64,000 nucleotides of DNA from Candidatus Uhrbacteria bacterium (GTDB lineage: Bacteria; Patescibacteriota; Patescibacteriia; UBA9934), in NCBI GenBank assembly GCA_903848275.1, contig CAINGB010000001.1, positions 1,175 through 65,174 of the forward strand, written 5' to 3'. A model generated the notes under the pieces. It was not told the origin of the DNA. It was given only the letters and a program-made list of their open reading frames with translations, and searched no databases. The stretch's first letter is position 1. Every line of letters begins with the position of its first letter. Positions 57,443-64,000 of this stretch are shown here, in pieces. A program made the position numbers and the translations under genes.

Positions 57443-59947
57443 ATGTCCAACCCACACTATCTAGCTAAAGTTTTTCGCACAATTGCCGCAACGGCCTTCG
57501 TCATCATCGGCGGGGCCTTTTGCTTCTCAGTGAACACACCTCACGCTTTAGCTGCTCTTGGCGACGGAGCTACCAGTGCAATCCACCTTCTTGATAGTGG
57601 CGAAGACGGCAAGCCGGATACCATTACCTTCAGCATCGCCAACCCGAACGGCGAAAGCTGGGCCGCTGTTGGTTCCTCGCCGTATGGCGTTAGTGTCACT
57701 CAAAATGGTGCCGCTATCACCGTAACTGGTGTCACTCGTACCTCGGGCGCCACCGCCAACCCAATCACCATCTCCGTTGCCCTCGATACTTCAGATTCCG
57801 ATCTTCAGTATAATACCGACGGTGTCGTCCTTTACCCCATTGAATTAATTTACACTCGTGTTGGTGGTGGGGTCGCTTGCACTAACTGCCTTCGCGACAA
57901 CGTCGATGAAGAAATGAACGCAATAGCCACCGGCGACACCAACGCCACCAACACAGAAGTAGACCTCATGAAGCCCGTCGTCATGACTATGTACGAAAAC
58001 GCGGCCTATACCCGCAACCTGACTTTTAATACTGTTGATATAGAATACTCAGAGCGCATGCATCTTTCATTGGATAACGACGGCGGAACAGATGTCTCTT
58101 ACGACGGCACAGCGACTGGAACTTCGACAGCTACGGCCGGTTCTATGACAGTCGCTCGTACTATTGCCGGTTTTGGCACTTGGGCTGCGCTGAACGGTGG
58201 CGACATGGCTATTTCCACCGTTGGTGGCAACGAAATAATCGCCTATCAAAATGCTTTTATTATCGTCATGAACGAAGTGGATAGTTCTTATTTCTCAGCT
58301 GGCAGCACTGCCCCAACTACCCCTGTTTTCACCCCCTCATATTCACCACTCACCGTCTTTGATGCTGCTGGCAATGGCGTCTCCACTAATACCAAAACCA
58401 TGTTCGAAAACGTCCCTTGGGACGTCACTGCGCCGACACTCGACAACACCTATTCTTGCTATAGCACCGTCAACGGTAAGGTAAATCGCGTTCAATTGTC
58501 CTTCAACGAAAATATTGACGACTACACTTTCGACACCAGCGTTTTCGAAGTGGACAACGATAGTACCAACAACGGTATCGGCGAGGAGACTCCCGTCTCT
58601 TTCAACACTGCCACCGCTGGTTGCGACGGCACGGCCGACGACACCGACTACGACGACGAAAAAATCCGCCTAGATCTCACCACCGGTATCACTGGCACCG
58701 ACAAGGCCTACGTGCACTATGCGGCTAATGGCAGCTACCATATACGTGATGGGGCTGGTAACCTCATGCTCGCCGGTTCCGCTCTCGGCACGGAAAATGA
58801 TCGAGCCGCGCCAATTGTTATGTCTACCACCCCAACTGCAGGCAGCAACATTCTCAACACCAGCCCGATCGTCCTCAACTTCAGCGAAGCGATGGACTCC
58901 ACTGCCGGTCACTTCGTCTACACTTTCCCAGGTGAACCAACTCTCACTCCAGTCTGGACTTCTGGCGACACCGTCCTCACTCTTAACGGTACCAAAATTC
59001 ACGGCAGTAAAACATTAACCGTCACAGCTGGTCCTGACGCAGCCGCTCAAGCTTTTGGTACTTTCCTCGCGACTAGCAACGCCTCGTTCAGCTTCACGGT
59101 TCTCGGTGGCTCCAACACTACTGCCACTCCAGCTGTAATCACCTACGCTCTCACCCTCACCTCCCCAACTGCTAGTTTTTCCTATCAAGCTGGTACTAAC
59201 ATTCCGATCACCTGGACCAGCAATCAAACCAATAGCACCGCTATGACTGCTATTAATCTCGCCTACTCAACAGACTCTGGCTTAACCTTCACCACTATCG
59301 CCAACAACGAAGTCAATGACGGCAGCTACACCTGGACGGCACCAAACATTAGTTCCAACAACGTCACTCTCAAAATCACCGGCACCGATCTCGTCACCAC
59401 CCTCGCTACCAACACCGGAGCCGCTTTCACCATCTCCTCCAGCGCATCTACACCAAACTCTGACACCACAGTTCCTGTCGCGCCAACTCTAGCCGCTGGC
59501 AGCTTCGTCAAAAGCTCAGCCAACAGCGCCGTCTACTACATCACCGCCGACGGTCATCGCCTCCCCTTTATCAACGAACAGGTCTACGCCACTTACGCCA
59601 GCGATTTTAGTAGCGTCGCCACTCTCACAGATATCGACCTCTCCGCCTACCCACTCGGTGCTCCAGTCGCGCCTAAACCAGGTACCGTGCTCGTCAAAAT
59701 CCAATCCACGGCCAACACCTATGCCGTGACCGGCACACCAGAGGCATCAGTTCTCCGCCTTATTACGAGCGAAGAACTTGCCGCCAGTCTCTACGGCAGT
59801 AACTGGGCCGACTACGTCATTGATCTCCCACCAACCATGTGGCCACATTTGACCATCGGCACCCAACTCGCCAACACCAGCGACTTAATCGTCGACCGTT
59901 CCACCCTCCTCCGCCGCGTTGATCTTTTTCTCACTATCCTCAGCTAA
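57443..59947 (+). CDS. Large secreted Thr/Ser-rich surface protein with Ig-like domains
   Basis: Signal peptide ending ALA, FSEAMD and NDGSYTW repeats, C-terminal AVYYI...KPGTVLVK module. Confidence 0.75.
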   Translation: MSNPHYLAKVFRTIAATAFVIIGGAFCFSVNTPHALAALGDGATSAIHLLDSGEDGKPDTITFSIANPNGESWAAVGSSPYGVSVTQNGAAITVTGVTRTSGATANPITISVALDTSDSDLQYNTDGVVLYPIELIYTRVGGGVACTNCLRDNVDEEMNAIATGDTNATNTEVDLMKPVVMTMYENAAYTRNLTFNTVDIEYSERMHLSLDNDGGTDVSYDGTATGTSTATAGSMTVARTIAGFGTWAALNGGDMAISTVGGNEIIAYQNAFIIVMNEVDSSYFSAGSTAPTTPVFTPSYSPLTVFDAAGNGVSTNTKTMFENVPWDVTAPTLDNTYSCYSTVNGKVNRVQLSFNENIDDYTFDTSVFEVDNDSTNNGIGEETPVSFNTATAGCDGTADDTDYDDEKIRLDLTTGITGTDKAYVHYAANGSYHIRDGAGNLMLAGSALGTENDRAAPIVMSTTPTAGSNILNTSPIVLNFSEAMDSTAGHFVYTFPGEPTLTPVWTSGDTVLTLNGTKIHGSKTLTVTAGPDAAAQAFGTFLATSNASFSFTVLGGSNTTATPAVITYALTLTSPTASFSYQAGTNIPITWTSNQTNSTAMTAINLAYSTDSGLTFTTIANNEVNDGSYTWTAPNISSNNVTLKITGTDLVTTLATNTGAAFTISSSASTPNSDTTVPVAPTLAAGSFVKSSANSAVYYITADGHRLPFINEQVYATYASDFSSVATLTDIDLSAYPLGAPVAPKPGTVLVKIQSTANTYAVTGTPEASVLRLITSEELAASLYGSNWADYVIDLPPTMWPHLTIGTQLANTSDLIVDRSTLLRRVDLFLTILS

Positions 59948-59996
59948 CATTCGTTAGTTCTCATTCAATCATCGCACCAATCTAGGCCCTACGTCA

Positions 59997-60090
59997 CAGC
60001 GGGTGGCGGCGAGCAGGTGCCCTGCGGGTCGCGACGTTGCAGCCTCTGCAGCTAGCGACTCGGAGGGTGCGAGCCAGACAGGACCCGCTG
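59997..60090 (+). repeat. Structured hairpin element, copy F (divergent)
   Basis: CAGCGGGT...CCCT...AGGG...CAGG-ACCCGCTG. Confidence 0.7.
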
Positions 60091-60114
60091 CCAGCAGAAA
60101 TTAATACCAATCTT

Positions 60115-60375
60115 ATGTTTAGTACCAACAGCCAAGATTATAGCGATCTCAATCGTCTTCCCGCTATCCTCCCCTTCATCTTCCTTATCATCATCCTCCT
60201 CGCCCTCTGGAGCATCTTCTGGAAAGGCCTCGCCCTCTGGCACGCCGCCCGTCACGGCCAGGGTTGGTGGTTCGGCCTTCTCCTCATTCTCAACACCGCC
60301 GGCATCTTGGAAATCATCTATCTCTTCGCTGTGCTAAAACTTAAGTTTTCCGAACTTTTCAGTAAAAAGAAATAA
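60115..60375 (+). CDS. DUF5652-family membrane protein
   Basis: WKGLALWHAAR...WF...NTAGILEIIY. Confidence 0.85.
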   Translation: MFSTNSQDYSDLNRLPAILPFIFLIIILLALWSIFWKGLALWHAARHGQGWWFGLLLILNTAGILEIIYLFAVLKLKFSELFSKKK

Positions 60376-60410
60376 CACAACGAATCATTTAGTGGTAGAA
60401 TGTCTGCAAT

Positions 60411-62228
60411 ATGACTTCTATCCTTACCGAGCCAAAACGCGACTACATCCTACTCATTCTCATCGCCTTAACATTCGGTGCAGATTTACTTTTACACGAA
60501 CCGCTCACGCTCTTCATCATCGCAGGCGTTGCTGTCATTCCAACTTTCTGGAACTCTGCCCTCGCCGCTCGTCACGGCAAAATCACTATCGACACTTTCA
60601 ACACCTTCGCCGTCATCGTTTCTTTTGCGACTGGCGAGGCTTACTCTGCTGGGTTCATCGCCCTCATGTTGACGTCCGCCCGCATTCTCGACTGGTACAC
60701 CGAGTCACGCACTCATCATGCTATTGAAGAGTTACTCCGCCTCAAACCAACCACCGCTTTCCTCGAGCAAGGCCAAATTGTAACCGAGGTCGATGCTGAC
60801 ACCATCAAAACCGGCGACGTGGTGCTCGTCAAAAGTGGTGCTCGAATTCCTGTCGACGGCGTTGTCACCGACGGTTCAGCCCACGTCAACGAGGCTATCG
60901 TCACTGGCGAGTCAGAACCAATCGAGAAGAATGTCGGCGATCGTGTGATTAGCTCAACCCTAGTCGACATTGGTGTCCTGCATGTCAGAGCCACCCAAGT
61001 CGGCAAAGACTCCACCCTCGAGCGCATGGCCACCCTCATGCATACGGCCAGCTTACACAAATCCACTACCGAAAAATTAGCGGATCGTTTTGCTACCATC
61101 TTCTTACCCGTCGTCGGCCTCCTTGGTGCTCTCACCTACGCCATTACCCGCGATCTCACCATGACCGCCGCCCTCTTCCTCATTGCCTGTGCCGACGATA
61201 TGGCCGTCGCCATTCCTCTCGCCATGACCGCCTCACTCGGCCAAGCTGCCAAACGTGGTGTCATCGTTAAAGGCGGACAAACCCTCGACGCCTTAAGCCG
61301 CATGAAAACGCTTGTCCTCGACAAAACCGGCACGCTCACCTTCGGCAACCTAGCAATTCGTGCCGTCCATCTGGCGCCCAACGTCGACGAGAATCATTTC
61401 TGGACAGTCCTCGCCAGCGCCGAAAAATATTCGGAACACCCAGCCGGTCGTACCGCCTACAAAGAAGGCTTACGTCGACTGGGCACTGTGGCTGACCCCA
61501 CCGATTTTAAACTCTACAAGGGCAAAGGTGTGACTGCGCAAGTTGGCACCGAAACCATCGTTGCCGGCACTGAGCTGCTCTTCGCCGAACTCGGACTCCC
61601 CATCCCTACCGTACCCGAAGACGCCCTCGGCTCCGTCTTTTGGGTAGCTTGCAACGGCCAACACATTGGCTCTCTTGAAGTCGCCGACATTCCGCGTCCC
61701 GAAGCCGCCGCTAGCCTAGCTAAACTTCGCACTCTCGGCGTCACGCGCATCATCATGCTAACCGGTGATAACGAACGCGTCGCTAAAAACGTCGCTGAAT
61801 TACTCGGCATCACCGAATTCCGTTCTCGCATGACGCCAGAAGGTAAAATGCTCGCCCTGGAAGAGCTTTTTGCTACCGGTCCTGTCGGCATGGTCGGCGA
61901 CGGCGTAAATGACGCTCCAGCCTTAGCCCGCGCTGATATTGGCATTGCTATGGGCGGTGGTGGTGCCGCCGTTTCCGTGGAAGCTGCTGACGTCGTCATC
62001 ATGACCGACAACCTCGCACGTTTGCCGGAAATGATGGAACTCGGCCGCAGCACACTAAGCGTCGTTAAAGGCGACATTGTCATCTGGGTCATCTCAAATC
62101 TTGTCGGTTTCACCCTTGTTTTCACTGGAATCGCCGGTCCTGCTCTAGCCGCCTTCTACAACTTCGCCACCGACTTCTTTCCACTCTTCAACTCCAGCCG
62201 CCTCTTTAAAACAAAACGAGGGCCTTAA
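60411..62228 (+). CDS. P1B-type heavy-metal ATPase
   Basis: TGES, DKTGT, SEHP, TGD, GDGVNDAP; TM motif ACADD. Confidence 0.92.
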   Translation: MTSILTEPKRDYILLILIALTFGADLLLHEPLTLFIIAGVAVIPTFWNSALAARHGKITIDTFNTFAVIVSFATGEAYSAGFIALMLTSARILDWYTESRTHHAIEELLRLKPTTAFLEQGQIVTEVDADTIKTGDVVLVKSGARIPVDGVVTDGSAHVNEAIVTGESEPIEKNVGDRVISSTLVDIGVLHVRATQVGKDSTLERMATLMHTASLHKSTTEKLADRFATIFLPVVGLLGALTYAITRDLTMTAALFLIACADDMAVAIPLAMTASLGQAAKRGVIVKGGQTLDALSRMKTLVLDKTGTLTFGNLAIRAVHLAPNVDENHFWTVLASAEKYSEHPAGRTAYKEGLRRLGTVADPTDFKLYKGKGVTAQVGTETIVAGTELLFAELGLPIPTVPEDALGSVFWVACNGQHIGSLEVADIPRPEAAASLAKLRTLGVTRIIMLTGDNERVAKNVAELLGITEFRSRMTPEGKMLALEELFATGPVGMVGDGVNDAPALARADIGIAMGGGGAAVSVEAADVVIMTDNLARLPEMMELGRSTLSVVKGDIVIWVISNLVGFTLVFTGIAGPALAAFYNFATDFFPLFNSSRLFKTKRGP

Positions 62229-62243
62229 AATAAACTTCTTTTA

Positions 62244-62324
62244 GTCGGGTGACGCGGAGGGAGGCCCCTGGGCGGCGCGCAGCTTGCGAGCACCGAACGG
62301 GGTCCGCAGTCGGCAGGACCCGAC
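62244..62324 (+). repeat. Structured hairpin element, copy E
   Basis: GTCGGGT-GACGCGGAGGGAGGCCCCT...CAGG-ACCCGAC. Confidence 0.88.
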
Positions 62325-62369
62325 GAAGTCTTTTACTCTAATGCCCGAGTCTAAAACATTGATCAATTT

Positions 62370-63269
62370 ATGTCCCAAGTCCTCTTCATCGGCGCTGGCA
62401 AAATCGGCACTGCCCTAGCCCACGTCATCAATGACCGTGCTGCCATCGATCTCTGGGATCAAGACCCAACTCAGGCTCCCAACATGAAGCCTTTGGTCGA
62501 GAGTGTCCCTTTAGCTGACGTCATTTTTCTTTGCACTCCTTCCTGGACCATCCGCGCTATCATCGAGCAAATAATACCATTCTTACGCCCTATTACAGTT
62601 ATAGTTCTGTTAGCCAAAGGTCTTGAAGCAGAAACACAAAACACCATGGACACTGTGCTCGCCAATCTCCTGCCTGCCGTTCAACCGTGGGGCCTTCTCG
62701 GCGGTCCGCTATTAGCCGACGAACTAACCGACGAGTTGCCAAGCATTGGCGTTTTTGCTTCTGCTTCACGTCCAACATATCTCGAAATAAATAAACTTTT
62801 CCTAGGTACCAACGTCCGCCTCGAATACAGCACCGATCCTCACACCATCGCTCTCGCCGCCGTCCTTAAAAATATCTATGCCGTTATTCTCGGTCTCGCC
62901 GCGGGCCTCGGTTGGGGCTACAACGGCCAAGGCTGGTTGGCAGCTCGTGCGCTCACCGAAATAACCAACATCATCCAACAGCTTAATGGCGACGCAATTC
63001 TCGTAGCTGGCTCAGCTGGTGCTGGTGATTTTCTCGCCACCGCCATGAGTCCAGACTCTCACAACCGCACCGCCGGCATCGAGATCGCTAAAACGGGTCG
63101 CTGCATCACTACCAATGAAGGCTGTCGTTCTCTCCCACCTATCATCGCTCTACTCAACAATCAGCTCGATCAATTTCCACTCTTGTTCGCTCTCGATCAA
63201 ATCGTCAATCAACACGCCGCCGCAGCAGCCATTTTCCATGGTTTATTAATAGCACCTGAAATAAAATAA
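62370..63269 (+). CDS. gpsA: NAD(P)H-dependent glycerol-3-phosphate dehydrogenase
   Basis: GAGKIG, AKGLE, LKNIYA, GAGDFLAT, SHNR. Confidence 0.82.
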   Translation: MSQVLFIGAGKIGTALAHVINDRAAIDLWDQDPTQAPNMKPLVESVPLADVIFLCTPSWTIRAIIEQIIPFLRPITVIVLLAKGLEAETQNTMDTVLANLLPAVQPWGLLGGPLLADELTDELPSIGVFASASRPTYLEINKLFLGTNVRLEYSTDPHTIALAAVLKNIYAVILGLAAGLGWGYNGQGWLAARALTEITNIIQQLNGDAILVAGSAGAGDFLATAMSPDSHNRTAGIEIAKTGRCITTNEGCRSLPPIIALLNNQLDQFPLLFALDQIVNQHAAAAAIFHGLLIAPEIK

Positions 63270-63313
63270 AATTTGCTGTATACTGCAAACATTATTCATC
63301 TTAAATTACTCTT

Positions 63314-63583
63314 ATGAAGAACGGTCTTAACGCTAACAGTGTCGGCTTAGTCTTCGGCGGTGTCCTGGCTTTCTGGCATCTCGTCTGGTCACTCATGGTG
63401 GCCTTTGGTGTCGCCAACATGTATCTGACCTGGATTCTCAACCTGCATCGTATTAACATTACTATCAGCGTTCTTCCCTTCTCTCTCCCTATCGCTATTA
63501 CTTTAATCTTGGTCACTGGCGTCATTGGCTACATTGTCGGCTATATCTTTGCCCTCATCTGGAACGCCGTCAGCAAGAAATAA
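63314..63583 (+). CDS. Small membrane protein
   Basis: 89 aa, hydrophobic, HLVWS motif. Confidence 0.7.
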   Translation: MKNGLNANSVGLVFGGVLAFWHLVWSLMVAFGVANMYLTWILNLHRINITISVLPFSLPIAITLILVTGVIGYIVGYIFALIWNAVSKK

Positions 63584-63589
63584 CTAGCT

Positions 63590-64000
63590 ATGTGCTTCTC
63601 GGCCAGCGCCAGTTTCATCGCCAGCGGAGCACTAGCCGTAATCGGCTTAGCGAGCTTAAGAATCGCTAAAAAGAAAGAGTGGAGCGCGGCGCTCGTGCCA
63701 CTCTTTTTTGCTATTCAACAAGCTATCGAAGGCTGGCAATGGCTAGCTCCTCACCCGAGCACCATCTCCACCATTCTCGGCTACGGATTTCTCTTCTTTG
63801 CTTTTCTCTTTTGGCCAATCTATATTCCTTCCGCTGTCTATTTCGCGGAAACTCATAAACGTCATCAACGCTTCATCAGTTATCTGCTAATACTCGGCTT
63901 ACTCGTCAGCCTCACCCTCCTCATCGCTCTAGTCTCCAGCCCTCTCACCATCAATGTCTGCAGCAACGTCATCTACCCCTGGTTCAACGCCTCTCTGCCC
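63590..64000 (+). CDS. Membrane protein (MCFSA.ASF family), truncated by the window edge
   Basis: MCFSASASFIASG...FAIQQAIEGWQW. Confidence 0.7.
   Translation, partial: MCFSASASFIASGALAVIGLASLRIAKKKEWSAALVPLFFAIQQAIEGWQWLAPHPSTISTILGYGFLFFAFLFWPIYIPSAVYFAETHKRHQRFISYLLILGLLVSLTLLIALVSSPLTINVCSNVIYPWFNASLP

Noticed and set aside
1-64000. CRISPR array or cas genes
   Set aside because: No regularly spaced repeat-spacer array and no Cas motifs; the repeats are dispersed or short tandem
1-64000. Recoded TGA (genetic code 25)
   Set aside because: Genes are full length under code 11 and TGA terminates hsdM and the SAVED gene

Overview
This window looks like Patescibacteria/CPR (Parcubacteria-like) chromosome, which is an inference from gene content. 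It uses standard code 11. The backbone carries secA, murC, hpf/raiA, uvrA, uvrB, HU, HtrA, cls, gpsA, a type IB topoisomerase, a P1B ATPase and tRNA-Tyr, -Thr and -Trp. A ~22.7 kb island (about 31154-53877) sits at the 3' end of tRNA-Trp. It encodes a large serine recombinase, terminase subunits and two DNA methylases but no capsid or portal. Its defence cargo is an OLD nuclease, a type I R-M system, a GmrSD-like protein, DUF2779 and a LexA-like repressor-HNH/SAVED-CD-NTase-E2/SEC-C CBASS operon. The backbone is rich in non-coding structure. One family of ~80-150 nt covarying hairpin elements has six copies, all on the + strand, and two of them lie in frame inside a membrane-protein gene. A truncated RAYT-like transposase is bracketed by 26-bp inverted REPs, and a third copy of that REP lies inside another gene. 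There are also several perfect palindromes and at least two candidate unannotated structured RNAs (22842-23014 and 55285-55490). All family assignments come from motif recognition by eye; no database search was run.
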